Positions 48,809 to 59,348 of a stretch of DNA of 64,000 nucleotides are shown in pieces (the stretch's first letter is position 1; each line of letters starts with the position of its first letter). Both the position numbers and the translations under genes were made by a program. Location: positions 1 to 64,000 of the IMG/VR virus record IMGVR_UViG_3300030328_002748; one strand, 5' to 3'. The stretch comes from a virus (Duplodnaviria > Caudoviricetes). The notes below the pieces were generated by a model that saw only the letters and a list, made by a program, of their open reading frames with translations, made no database searches and was not told the DNA's origin.

Positions 48809-49147
48809 ATGAGTACCGTCAGAGCTGACAATTATCGCCAGGCCAATGGTCAGAATACCAGTGCGGCCCAGTTATCACGTTATGATACTAACTTCCGTGT
48901 AAGTTATGGAACCAATAACGGAGATAGTAGTAATGTTAACCCTCCTAGTGGATATAACATTGGTAACTTGAGAGGATTCATTCCAAGTAGGAGACAAGGT
49001 TTCTTTTCTGGTGGTGTGGATGGAAACGATAACCTGTATTGCCGTTACAACGTACAGAATGGTAACAACAGGGTAAACGTATTCTGCCGTCTCCAAGAAC
49101 AGAGACAAACACCCAGTAACAACTGGATCGCAATCTGGAGGAAGTAA
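48809..49147 (+). CDS. Small late protein, possibly fibre tip or adhesin
   Basis: Gly/Asn-rich, ends in WIAIW; late promoter; precedes a fibre chaperone. Confidence 0.6.
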   Translation: MSTVRADNYRQANGQNTSAAQLSRYDTNFRVSYGTNNGDSSNVNPPSGYNIGNLRGFIPSRRQGFFSGGVDGNDNLYCRYNVQNGNNRVNVFCRLQEQRQTPSNNWIAIWRK

Positions 49148-49149
49148 TC

Positions 49150-49614
49150 ATGCCAACTTATGACGCCGACGGTTTTGAAGTAGAAGAGTTTTGGATATTA
49201 ACTAAACTTGATACAGGTCTAGTTTTTAGCCAAATGAGTTATGAACCTGATTTAACAGGTGATCCTGATGCTGCTACCTATGGTAAGTATCAGATTAGTC
49301 AAGCAGATTTTGAGAATCTTCAGCAAGATTGGTTATATAAATGGGATGATAGTGCAAAAGCTGTAAGGGTAAAGAATGATTCTGAATTAACAGAACAGAA
49401 GAAAGAAGCATTTAAGGCAAAGAGAAATAATTATCTTGCTCAGTCAGATTTTTATCTTCTTGATGATGCACCTGTTACAGCTGCAAAGAAAGCAGAATGG
49501 CAAACATATCGTGCAGCACTGAGAGATTTACCAGCTAATACTACAGATGCTCAGATTTTAGCAGATACTATTAACTGGCCTACACTGCCTGGATCAATTA
49601 ATGCTGCAACTTAA
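49150..49614 (+). CDS. Tail fibre assembly chaperone
   Basis: RNNYLAQSD...D.P...EWQTYRAALRDLP...WPTLP. Confidence 0.85.
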   Translation: MPTYDADGFEVEEFWILTKLDTGLVFSQMSYEPDLTGDPDAATYGKYQISQADFENLQQDWLYKWDDSAKAVRVKNDSELTEQKKEAFKAKRNNYLAQSDFYLLDDAPVTAAKKAEWQTYRAALRDLPANTTDAQILADTINWPTLPGSINAAT

Positions 49615-49678
49615 CAGCATATCTACTGTGTACGCAGTATTTTTACTGCGATTTTTTTAATTTACTGCGAATTTAATC

Positions 49679-50389
49679 ATGGAAATACCAGCAAAGTTTT
49701 TAGGTGGAATTAGTGGAGAACTCTCTGCGGAAGAAGTAGAACCATATATTAATAACCTCTTAGGTAGTAATGGGGAAGAAGTACATTTAGATCATGAGGA
49801 AGATTGGGTAGTAGATAGACTACTACACCATAGTATTACTGATGTATGGCAGAAGAAAATTAATAAGGTTGTTAGGGATAACAATCTGAAAGATGTGGCT
49901 GGAGATACATCTTGCCGAGGAAATATTAAACAATTTTGCTTATATGAAAATAAAGAACATCAACCAAATGTTAGCGAAACTCTGAAGCTTTTGGATGATG
50001 ATATTATTAATTTCGTAAAATTACAGATAAAAGATATAACAATTAAGAACAAAATCATAGACTATGACTATGATTTAGAGATGACATATGCTTGGACTTG
50101 TATAGGTCAGAAGGGAAGCTTTCATGTTCCTCATACACATTCAAGAGATTATCCTACGGATGTTTTAAGCACAACGATATATTTACAGACCAAGCCATTA
50201 CCTAAAGATAAGATAGATTCTGGCCTATTTTATTATATTTGGCGAGATGATCGTAGTAAGATTGAATATATTGAACCTGAAGATGGCATGATGTTGCTGT
50301 TTCCAAATTGGTTAGCTCATGGTACAATACCACAACATACTGGTAAACGTCAGACGTTTAATTTATCATTCAAGGTAGTTAAAAAATGA
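49679..50389 (+). CDS. 2OG-Fe(II) oxygenase family protein
   Basis: FHVPHTH, STTIYL, DGMMLLFPNWLAH, RQTFN. Confidence 0.8.
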   Translation: MEIPAKFLGGISGELSAEEVEPYINNLLGSNGEEVHLDHEEDWVVDRLLHHSITDVWQKKINKVVRDNNLKDVAGDTSCRGNIKQFCLYENKEHQPNVSETLKLLDDDIINFVKLQIKDITIKNKIIDYDYDLEMTYAWTCIGQKGSFHVPHTHSRDYPTDVLSTTIYLQTKPLPKDKIDSGLFYYIWRDDRSKIEYIEPEDGMMLLFPNWLAHGTIPQHTGKRQTFNLSFKVVKK

Positions 50390-50459
50390 ATATGTGGTAT
50401 ATTATAGTCTGGACTGCAATTACTATGTTTGTATTAGTTCAAATTGGAGTTCTTAAAAA

Positions 50460-50648
50460 ATGAAATTAGGTAAAAAGGTATTAGAGACAATATTCAATGA
50501 TGAATTAACGATAGATGAGATAGATGCTATAATTACAGCATTACATTTACTATCTCAGGAAGATCAAATTAGACAAGAAGCCTTTTATAGTGTTAGTTAC
50601 AAAGAAGTATTAGGTAAACTAAATGACTATAGGAAGAGGATTGACTGA
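50460..50648 (+). CDS. Hypothetical protein
   Basis: ORF track; preceded by a 25-aa hydrophobic ORF at 50386-50463. Confidence 0.6.
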   Translation: MKLGKKVLETIFNDELTIDEIDAIITALHLLSQEDQIRQEAFYSVSYKEVLGKLNDYRKRID

Positions 50649-50676
50649 TAAATATCCATACTTACCTTAGAGGATT

Positions 50677-51138
50677 ATGGGAGCAATGGTTCCACCTAGC
50701 AGAAAGAGCTGCTACAACTTTCGAGTAACGGAGATTAATCGTGTTCTTGACGGCGATACTATTGATGTCACCATTGATCTTGGGTTTGACTTATTCAAGA
50801 AAGAAAGAGTTAGAATTGCTGGAGTTGATACGCCAGAAAAAAGAACAAGAAATTTAGAGGAAAAGGCTCTTGGTATTGATGCAACGAACTGGCTTAAAGA
50901 AAAACTGGAAGGTGCTATTAGTGGTGATGATGATCTTGTTATCCGTACTGAGCTCGAGGGCGGAGTCGGGAAATATGGGCGTCTTCTTGGCTGGTGTTAT
51001 ATTGGGGATGCTACTACCAGTCTCAATGAACAAATGATTACTGAAGGATATGCTCATGCTTATGATGGCGGAACTAAAGATATGAACCTTGAAAAGCTAC
51101 GTGAAATTCGTAGATCATTTGGCACATTAGTGGAGTAA
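50677..51138 (+). CDS. Thermonuclease (SNase-like) family protein
   Basis: VLDGDTIDV, RVRIAGVDTPE, GKYGRLLG, NEQMITEGYA..YDGG. Confidence 0.92.
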   Translation: MGAMVPPSRKSCYNFRVTEINRVLDGDTIDVTIDLGFDLFKKERVRIAGVDTPEKRTRNLEEKALGIDATNWLKEKLEGAISGDDDLVIRTELEGGVGKYGRLLGWCYIGDATTSLNEQMITEGYAHAYDGGTKDMNLEKLREIRRSFGTLVE

Positions 51139-51142
51139 AACT

Positions 51143-51313
51143 ATGAAAACTTGGATTGATAAGGCTAAAGAACTGGATGGATTTGACGTAATTGTTTTAC
51201 CTTTAGTCTTCTTTGAGGCTTTAGTAGTAAATTTTCTGATGAACGCAGGTCTTAAAGTCCCAGATCGTGTGTCACTCAACAAACTGGCACAAGCTAACGA
51301 GACAAACGGTTGA
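51143..51313 (+). CDS. Hypothetical protein (56 aa, not in ORF track)
   Basis: MKTWIDKAKELDGFDVIVLPLVFFE...; GGAG RBS. Confidence 0.5.
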   Translation: MKTWIDKAKELDGFDVIVLPLVFFEALVVNFLMNAGLKVPDRVSLNKLAQANETNG

Positions 51314-51334
51314 AATAGACTATTATAGCCATGG

Positions 51335-51421
51335 GGAAACAAACCTACCAACATAAGACTTTCAAGGTTGCGTTCAATCGCATTTAAGTCGAACTTAAGC
51401 AGTTGGTTATGTTTTGTTTCC
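51335..51421 (+). ncRNA. Predicted long hairpin in the helicase leader
   Basis: GGAAACAAA/TTTGTTTCC, ACCAAC/GTTGGT, TAAG-ACTT/AAGT-CGAA-CTTA, TGCG/CGCA pairings. Confidence 0.55.
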
Positions 51422-51444
51422 TCTCGTCCTATTTCTATTATTAA

Positions 51445-52686
51445 ATGAGGCCAAGACCCTATCAACAGTTGGTAATTGATTCAATGCTGTCTAGGGACAA
51501 AGGCCAATTAATAGTACCTACTGGAGGCGGTAAGACTTTTTGCATGATTCAAGATGCAAAGAGACTTATTGAAAATTCTAGTGAAGCTACTATTATTATT
51601 GTTGCTCCTCGTATCCTATTAGCACAACAATTATCAGCAGAATTCCTTGAACATTTGGGTGAAAAACATATTCATCCTCAATTAAATGTTCTTCATGTTC
51701 ATAGTGGAGATACATGCCACTATAGTACAACTAAGACGGATGAGATTAAAGAATGGATCAATAAAACACCAAGTAATAAGTTAATCTTTACCACATATCA
51801 TTCTTTACATAGAGTATCCGATTCTGATATTGAAGTTGATACAATATATTTTGATGAAGCCCATAATAGTGTTCAGAAGAATTTTATAGAGTCAGTCGAT
51901 TATTTTTCATTAGTAGCTAGACGTTCTTACTTCTTTACTGCTACACCTAAACATAGTTTAACACCTATGAAGGCAGGGATGAATGATCCTGATATATTTG
52001 GTGAGGTTCTAGTTTCAGTTAAGGCTAGAGATCTCATTGATTATGGTGCTATTTGTTCTCCTAAAGTAACAGCCCATGAGTTACAAGTCTGTGGAGTTAC
52101 TAACATACATGAAAGGGATTGTAAGTATCTCTTGAATGTTTTGGATAAACAAGCTCACATGGAGAGAGTGTTAGTCACTGCTAAGAGAACTAAGGATATT
52201 AACAATTTAATGAAACATTCTTCATTCTTTGTTAAGGCCATGAAACGTGACTATGCTGTAATGCACATTACTTCTAAGTATGGTGCATACATTAACAATA
52301 AAAAAGTAGATCGTCAAACATTCTTTGAAACTCTTAGAGAATGGGGATCTGATGTAAACAAGAAATTCATTTGTTTCCATCATTCTATTCTATCTGAGGG
52401 CATTAATGTCAATGGATTAACTTCTTGTATCCTGATGAGAAATATGGATTATATTTCTATGGCTCAGACAATAGGTAGAGTCATTAGGATTGACCCTCGT
52501 GACCGAGCCAGAATGTCCTCAGGCGAGTTAAAAGCGGGTGACATACCTTCTTATACTAAAGGCGTGGGATTACTCTGTGTTCCTATTCTAGGTAAGGTTG
52601 GCATTTCTACTCATCGTAGGCTACAGACTGTAGTAGATACTATCTTTGAGAAGGGAGAACCAGCAATTTCAGTGGTCAGCCGATAA
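51445..52686 (+). CDS. Superfamily 2 DExH helicase (ResIII-like)
   Basis: RPYQ, PTGGGKT, APR..LAQQ, TTYHS, DEAH, FTATP, LSEGIN, QTIGRVIR. Confidence 0.92.
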   Translation: MRPRPYQQLVIDSMLSRDKGQLIVPTGGGKTFCMIQDAKRLIENSSEATIIIVAPRILLAQQLSAEFLEHLGEKHIHPQLNVLHVHSGDTCHYSTTKTDEIKEWINKTPSNKLIFTTYHSLHRVSDSDIEVDTIYFDEAHNSVQKNFIESVDYFSLVARRSYFFTATPKHSLTPMKAGMNDPDIFGEVLVSVKARDLIDYGAICSPKVTAHELQVCGVTNIHERDCKYLLNVLDKQAHMERVLVTAKRTKDINNLMKHSSFFVKAMKRDYAVMHITSKYGAYINNKKVDRQTFFETLREWGSDVNKKFICFHHSILSEGINVNGLTSCILMRNMDYISMAQTIGRVIRIDPRDRARMSSGELKAGDIPSYTKGVGLLCVPILGKVGISTHRRLQTVVDTIFEKGEPAISVVSR

Positions 52687-52758
52687 ACTGGCCACTTTTC
52701 ATTGAAATCCACTTCTGTGGTACTATAATGGCCATGTAACCAAAAGGAAACACCCCTT

Positions 52759-53262
52759 ATGACAACTTCTTATCAAACAAGGGAAATTCCTACAATCGCA
52801 GTTTTCCCTGACGAAAAATTGACTCTCGATCAAAAGGTTGAGAAGTGGACATGGCAGTTATGCCGTGCTTTAGAACAGAATTATTTTGATTATCATAAAA
52901 GAATGATAATGAACAATTCTGAGAGATTCTCAGCAAATGGAGAATTATCAGCCTATGCTAACAAACAGTTAGCAGAGATTGAGAATGGCACTGCTAAACT
53001 TATGAGATTCCGTATGGAATTTGGCAGAAAATACATTAAAATCATTCAACAAGATTACGATACATTTCAAGATCGTAATGAATATAGAGATGGCAGTGTT
53101 CATGCTTTTGTTGACAAGAAAACTGGTGAGGTTTACAAACCAGCCTCTTGGAAGTCTCCAGCTAAGTACGTTAGATATGATATGAGAATCATTAGAGAGC
53201 GTGAATTCATCCATAACCCTGCTAATTGCGGCTGGGCTGGTGGTTATCTTTACATGAGGTGA
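52759..53262 (+). CDS. Conserved phage early hypothetical protein
   Basis: GRKYIKI...SVHAFVDKKTGEVYKPASWKSPAK.VRY motif. Confidence 0.8.
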   Translation: MTTSYQTREIPTIAVFPDEKLTLDQKVEKWTWQLCRALEQNYFDYHKRMIMNNSERFSANGELSAYANKQLAEIENGTAKLMRFRMEFGRKYIKIIQQDYDTFQDRNEYRDGSVHAFVDKKTGEVYKPASWKSPAKYVRYDMRIIREREFIHNPANCGWAGGYLYMR

Positions 53263-53267
53263 TTGAA

Positions 53268-53984
53268 ATGGCTATTGAACACAAAGAACTATTAACTGAG
53301 GCCGTTTACGCCTACTTGGATGATAATGAAAGTCCTGTATCCTTTTATGAGGATCTCAGGGCTATTCTAGAGAGTCGTATTGATTATCACAATCGCCAAA
53401 AAAGTCAGGTGAGTGATATACTAAAGATGGTTAATGGACATCGGCCATTAACAATGGAAACTGATTTGCCAGAGGATGTAATGGAGTATAGAAGTATAAT
53501 ACCAGCGAGGTATTGAAATGAAACTAACAAAAAAACAACGCCATCAGGTTAAATCTAGATGGTACTACATCTTCTGGGGAGCTGCAACTATTTCAGTATT
53601 TGCTGGACAAATGTATGTTGGCTCTGGTTATCGTAGGATGGCTGAATCTTTCGATAAAATACTAAATGGTATTATTGTTAATGTGATTGAAGACGATTTT
53701 CGTAGAGATTTTCGTAGAGATCACACAGGCACTTATTATCATTAATGGATAAAAAAGAACTAAAATCTATAGCACGATTCTATAAGGATTGTGAACACGG
53801 TTTTGCTACTAATGATGGGTACTATGGTGTGCCTGTCATGGGCAGTAAAACAAAACTGGCCATTGTCCACGATGGCATAATACTACATTATGCTAGAAAT
53901 GAACAGTCGGCCCGTAATTTTATTACCAAACACAAGGCCAGTCTACGAACTGGCCAAAAGAGGGTTGCAAGGGGTCAGAAATAG
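53268..53984 (+). other. Three small early hypothetical CDSs (53268-53516, 53518-53745, 53745-53984)
   Basis: ORF track; tightly packed on the + strand. Confidence 0.65.
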
Positions 53985-54059
53985 ACTATACTGGCCACAT
54001 AGAGGAAAGGGTTCGCCTCCACCAAAGTTACCCGCCTCCGTACTTCGTTTTTTTTAAAA

Positions 54060-54167
54060 ATGTCTGAAGCAATCGTTTCAACTCCTGACTATGTAAACTG
54101 GCTATTTGAAGATTGCCTAACAGGCAGTGAGATTCTAGCTAGACTTGAGGAGATTGCTGGAGAGTAA
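54060..54167 (+). CDS. 35-aa acidic peptide (not in ORF track)
   Basis: MSEAIVSTPDYVNWLFEDCLTGSEILARLEEIAGE*; follows an early promoter. Confidence 0.5.
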   Translation: MSEAIVSTPDYVNWLFEDCLTGSEILARLEEIAGE

Positions 54168-54258
54168 CAAAAACCGCCCCTCTATACCTTATGCTAACTA
54201 GGGCGAGGTTAATGCGAAAATAGAGGGGCTCTCTATTCACACTAATTTCTTTTTTCAA

Positions 54259-54687
54259 ATGGCTACACGTTCTCGAATCGGGTTAAGATTAGCAGATGAT
54301 TCTATTCTATCTGTTTATCATCATTGGGATGGTTATCCTGAGTGGTTAGGTGTTACTTTAAAATCAAAGTTTAACACTAGAGACAAAGTAGCTGAGTTAA
54401 TCGATGGTGGCAATATGTCATCATGTGATTCAGATAATGTCTATGATTATGAAAAGAAAGAGTTTGTAAAACGTGCTCCACAAGTTGAGTATTATGGTGG
54501 AGCTGATGAAGCACCACGTTTAGATGTAAATGAGTACAATTATTTCAAAAATAATGAGGAATATGCCTACATTTTTGAAAATGATGATTGGACTTGTTAT
54601 AAAATAGATGGTGGTTATAGTGATGTTGGCTTACAAATTAGAAAAGTTAATATTCCTGAGCCAGAACTTGAATCAGTAGCAGCGTAA
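54259..54687 (+). CDS. Conserved phage early hypothetical protein
   Basis: MATRSRIG...SVYHHWDGYP..LG..L...EEYAYIF..W motif. Confidence 0.8.
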   Translation: MATRSRIGLRLADDSILSVYHHWDGYPEWLGVTLKSKFNTRDKVAELIDGGNMSSCDSDNVYDYEKKEFVKRAPQVEYYGGADEAPRLDVNEYNYFKNNEEYAYIFENDDWTCYKIDGGYSDVGLQIRKVNIPEPELESVAA

Positions 54688-55406
54688 TGATCGAACAGAG
54701 AGTTTTAATAACTGGACATAAGGGTTTTATAGGTCGGCATGTATATGCCGACTTTAAAGATTCTCATGGTGACGCCAATGTTATGGGTATTGATTTACCT
54801 GATAACATTGGCGATTTTACTATGGGTAATTATGATCTTGTTATACATTTGGCAGCCTTTGCCGATATTAGAGAGAGTTTAGATAACCCAAGAAAATACT
54901 ACGAAAATAATGTACTTAAGGCCAAACCATTATTTGACTGGTGTGCTAAGACTGATACAAGATTAGTATATGCCTCATCTAGTGCAGTTTTATGTAAGTA
55001 TTGGGAGAATCCTTATGCTATGAGTAAATGGATTAATGAACAAATGGCTCCGCCTAATAGTGTAGGATTGAGGCTAACTACGGTTTATAGTGAAATGAAT
55101 AGTCGCCCAGATATGTTATACCGTAGACTGGAGAATAAGACAGCCACATATCTAACAAATCATAAAAGAGATTGGATACATGTAGAGGATGTATGTAGAG
55201 CAATACGTTACCTTGCTGATAGTAATATAAGGGGGCCTATATCGGTTGGCACAGGCGAAAGTGTTAAGGTAATAGATTTAGCGCATAAGATGGGTATGGC
55301 GCACTTGCCGCTGAAGGAACATACGCCTGGCGAGGCACAAGACAATAAGGCAGATATATCATTACTACTCACAACTGGCTGGTATCCTACTCATTCAGTA
55401 TTATGA
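54687..55406 (+). CDS. NAD-dependent nucleotide-sugar epimerase/dehydratase
   Basis: TGHKGFIG, VIHLAA, YASSS, PYAMSK (YxxxK), RDWIHVEDV. Confidence 0.92.
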   Translation: MIEQRVLITGHKGFIGRHVYADFKDSHGDANVMGIDLPDNIGDFTMGNYDLVIHLAAFADIRESLDNPRKYYENNVLKAKPLFDWCAKTDTRLVYASSSAVLCKYWENPYAMSKWINEQMAPPNSVGLRLTTVYSEMNSRPDMLYRRLENKTATYLTNHKRDWIHVEDVCRAIRYLADSNIRGPISVGTGESVKVIDLAHKMGMAHLPLKEHTPGEAQDNKADISLLLTTGWYPTHSVL

Positions 55407-55780
55407 CAATACTTAAAGAAGGCACTTATGTTATTGGCGATCCTAAGAACTTGTTAAAGGAAGGCGTGGAACCAGATTTAGCCTTAAAGGTTGAAAATGG
55501 ACGTTACTTAGATCAATATAAGAGCTCTTATGTCATAGAGAGTGGAATAATGGCCATTGTGAGTAAGAAAATGGTAAAACATCCGCACTTGTTTACTAAT
55601 GTAATTAATCTCAATAGTGGATGTTGCAATAAGGGAGTACAGGGCGATAATTGGGTACTAGGATGGACTAGACAGTTTACGGTTTTAGTGTCATATACTG
55701 ACTTTGAAGTTAGCCAAGATAACATAATAGAGATCGGGCCACTCAGGATCAAGGCCAGAGAAAATAGTGTCACAAGGTAG
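55403..55780 (+). CDS. Hypothetical protein
   Basis: GTYVIGDP..ESG motif; ATGA overlap. Confidence 0.65.
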   Translation: MTILKEGTYVIGDPKNLLKEGVEPDLALKVENGRYLDQYKSSYVIESGIMAIVSKKMVKHPHLFTNVINLNSGCCNKGVQGDNWVLGWTRQFTVLVSYTDFEVSQDNIIEIGPLRIKARENSVTR

Positions 55781-55835
55781 GATGATTTTTACCTGAGAGG
55801 CTCTATAATGGCTATGTAAACAACACAGCAGTCTT

Positions 55836-55997
55836 ATGAGGTATTCAGTTCATTGCCCATCTGCACCATTTGAGAATTCCTCATTTGTTGACCTAGATGA
55901 TTGCTGGGGTCTATGCCTTGACCTATCCGAGGAATATGGATATGCCGAGGTCAGACATGGTAATTCTGTACTAGGTTCTTATACAGATGGACGGTAA
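55836..55997 (+). CDS. Hypothetical protein (53 aa, not in ORF track)
   Basis: MRYSVHCPSAPFEN...CWGLCLDLSEEYGYAEVR; follows an early promoter. Confidence 0.65.
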   Translation: MRYSVHCPSAPFENSSFVDLDDCWGLCLDLSEEYGYAEVRHGNSVLGSYTDGR

Positions 55998-56075
55998 AGA
56001 AACTGTCACTAGATGCCCCTAATAGGGGCATTTTTGCCCTATAATGGCTATGTAAACACCAAAGGAGTTTATTCC

Positions 56076-58175
56076 ATGCAACTTAAATCAGGTGGAAAGG
56101 GCTCCATGAAAATCGATTTCTATCCAACAAAGTATTGGAGTGGAGAGCCTTCTGATAAATTCCTTAAGGTTTTGACCTTAGAGGGATTTGGAACACAATC
56201 CAAGCGGGTTGTGGATATTGTTGAAATGAATCAGATTGTCAAAGACCGTCTTGATTTTGGTTATGAGGTTACAGGCTTCAATACCAGTCCTCAATTCATA
56301 CAAAGAAACCGTATGACTAAGGAGGGCTACAATGGAAAGTAATGAATTACAACTTGCTTTAGATTGTGTGGCATTTACATTAGATAATGCCCCAGATTTA
56401 GAGCAAGAAGATATTCTTGAGTTAAGAAGTTTGAATTCAAGATTATTCAGAGAATGGGAGCGTAGTTTATAATGGCATTACAAGAAATCACATTCACAGC
56501 CCGTATAATGGTTGATGAAAATGATGACATAAATGGTGAACATTTATGTGAAGAAATTCAGGCCTATTTGAATAGTGCTTATTACTATGATGAGCCTGAT
56601 GATGTTGAAAGAGCAGAAGTTACTGGATGGAATATATGTAATCCTTTTAAATTTAATTCATTTATCTCTAAAGAGGTCTACTAATGCCAAAACTCAATCC
56701 AGCTCAATTTGATTCTATTGCCGAACAATTCACAGAAATGATTGTTGACGGTATGGATTATAAAACAATGGAACAATATGTTTATGATAATTTAATAGAT
56801 TATTATTATAATCTATCTGAACCAGAGCTTCAAGAAATGGTTGATAACCATGATGAGGAATTATGGGAAGAGTTAGTTGATAATGTAAAGGATGTAAAAA
56901 CAAATAATGTTGCTGATAATGTAGCCAAATGTATTGTTGATACTAATGGTGCTTATGCTGAATGTATCGATCAACTTGTTAATACAATGGAGAAGGGCTA
57001 ATGACAGTATCAGAACTAATAGAAACTCTATCAAACTATGATGGGGATGATAGTATTACTTTTTACTATCTTAAGAATGATAATCTCACTAACTGTCAAT
57101 TAGAGAGTACCTGTTGGTATCCTGATATGGGAATTGAATTTACTATTCAAGATACAAGTGAAGTCATGGAGGAAGTGTTATGAGCCAATTACAACAAAGA
57201 AAAGATTTAATTACTGATCTCATGTATGCTATTAAACAAGAAGATGATAAGTTTTTGGAATCAATTATAGATGACTTTGTTTATCATTTAAGTGATAAAG
57301 AAGTAGCTGAATATGAGGTATTAGTTGGTACTGTATTTGGCGAGGTTGATCCATATGAAAGTTAAATTGATATTAACACTTCTCATTGCCTGGCTTACAT
57401 TTTTAGTATATAATGCAACTAAAGTCGGCAACAAAGCAATCGAACTTAAACAAGATCGATATGCTGAATTATGTAAAATTGACCCATCCATTTGCTCTAA
57501 CAACTAATGCACGATTCTACTCTTGATCTATTCTGTAATCACGAACAAAGTGAGCCTAATGTTGATCCTTATACAAAGGCACAGATTGATGCTTCAATCG
57601 AACAATTTTGGAAAGAATGTGAAGCTGAGGCCGCTGAATTAGAAATAACAGTTGATTATTATGTGTCGGAGTTTATGATATGATGACTACATACAACAGT
57701 CACATTTATCAAGAAATTGTGGAGTATTTTAAATGGCATCAGAAACACTCATACGGCTCAGATCAGCACTTGATAGAATCATCGAAGTTGAGGAACTCGT
57801 CTTTGAGAATAGACAACAATCGATGCTTCATAGACACTTAAGTCATGTAAAAACTGAATTACGCCGACAAATAAGAATAGAATCTGAGGAGGAATTGGCA
57901 CCATTGCTTGATGCTTTATGAAGGCCAAAGATTTTAAACAAGGCCTAATCATCAGTTATAAAAGTGATATTGATGTATGGGAAGGTTATGTTAATTTTAT
58001 TAGTAAACAATACATAACTATTTGTTTACATGAATGGGACACTCCTCACACAATGCACGGCTATTCACAATGTAACTTGTTAGTCTATCCTGATTATTAT
58101 CAACATTGCAGTTCAAATGAAACATACCACGATAGGACTATTTCCACAGCCTTTAACAAAGATCGAATTGAATAA
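56076..58175 (+). other. Run of small, mostly acidic early CDSs (56076-56342, 56332-56472, 56472-56684, 56684-57001, 57001-57183, 57180-57365, 57355-57507, 57507-57683, 57733-57921, 57918-58175)
   Basis: Abutting or overlapping start/stop codons on the + strand; no recognisable domains. Confidence 0.65.
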
Positions 58176-58764
58176 AGATCTTTGTACTTTGGCTGCGGAG
58201 ATATTTGATAAGAAGGTAAGGGAAGAAGTAGAAGCATTAAAGGAGGATGATGGCGAACAATTAAAACATTTTCACAATCACGAAAATGTATTTGATTTAT
58301 ATTCAGAATTACAGCCACTCCATGACACTTTATTGGAGATGGCTGATTTTGTTTATTGTGATGTAATGAACTATGAATATGGTATGCGATTCACTCAAGC
58401 TTGGTATAATGAATGTCAAGTAGGAGGACGGCAGAAAGCTCATTCACATTGTAATTGCACAATATCAGGAACATTATATTTGAGAACTGATGAAAATAGT
58501 ATTCTTAATTTCTTTAATGATGGAAATAATAATGAAAAGAGTCCAGCCATCTTTGATGAACCAAGTAAGAAGAATAACAAGTTTGGATATATGTTCCATG
58601 CAAATAGTGTTACAGCTCCAGTAAATACAGGAGATGCTTTATTTTGGCCGTCATATATTAATCATGGTTATCCTGATAATAAAACACCAAATAGATTATC
58701 GTTAAGTTTTAATTTAATGCCAACAGCTTTAAATTCATTATATGGAAACATAGGAGTACAATGA
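58117..58764 (+). CDS. 2OG-Fe(II) oxygenase family protein
   Basis: LFP, AWYN, QKAHSHCN..ISGTLYL, GDALFWPSYINH, RLSLSFN. Confidence 0.85.
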   Translation: MKHTTIGLFPQPLTKIELNKDLCTLAAEIFDKKVREEVEALKEDDGEQLKHFHNHENVFDLYSELQPLHDTLLEMADFVYCDVMNYEYGMRFTQAWYNECQVGGRQKAHSHCNCTISGTLYLRTDENSILNFFNDGNNNEKSPAIFDEPSKKNNKFGYMFHANSVTAPVNTGDALFWPSYINHGYPDNKTPNRLSLSFNLMPTALNSLYGNIGVQ

Positions 58765-59336
58765 CAATGACAATACCTACATTTATTGGCCAATATGATG
58801 ATGTACTATCACAAGAAGATTGTGATATATTAATTGATGAATTTGAAAAACATCCTAATAAGATAGAAGGATATGTATGGACTGAAGAAGGCACAAGTTA
58901 TCATCCTGAGAGAAAGAAAGCCAGAGAATTACATAGACAATCATTAACTGAGGATAATATAATTAATAAGATTGTATTAAAAGGTTTAAATCCATGTATG
59001 AAATTATATGATGAAGAATTTGAACAATTACAATACAATGGTAATTGGGGAATAGATCGATGGTTTAATTTTCAAAAGTATGAGGATGAAACTGATGGAT
59101 TTAAAATATGGCATTGTGAACATGGTATGGGCAATTCCTCATATAGAATATTAGCATGGATGATCTATTTGAATGATGCAATATCAGGAACAGAATTTCA
59201 GATGTATCCAACAGTAGAAGCCAAACGAGGAAGATGTTTAATATGGCCGTCACAATTCACTCATACTCATCGATCAGAAATACCTAATCAAGGACTAAAG
59301 TATTTGGTAACAGGCTGGGTAAGTTTAATGCCGTAA
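58761..59336 (+). CDS. 2OG-Fe(II) oxygenase (prolyl-hydroxylase-like fold)
   Basis: QKY..GFKIWHCE, RILAWMIYLND..GTEF, IWP..THTHR, KYLVTGW. Confidence 0.88.
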   Translation: MTMTIPTFIGQYDDVLSQEDCDILIDEFEKHPNKIEGYVWTEEGTSYHPERKKARELHRQSLTEDNIINKIVLKGLNPCMKLYDEEFEQLQYNGNWGIDRWFNFQKYEDETDGFKIWHCEHGMGNSSYRILAWMIYLNDAISGTEFQMYPTVEAKRGRCLIWPSQFTHTHRSEIPNQGLKYLVTGWVSLMP

Positions 59337-59348
59337 TGCCTGACGGCC

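Noticed and set aside
51445-52686. Type III restriction system
   Set aside because: Only a helicase core is present, with no recognisable nuclease domain or adjacent methyltransferase.
54176-54229. Hammerhead ribozyme, suggested by GAAA beside a stem
   Set aside because: The CUGANGA core is absent.
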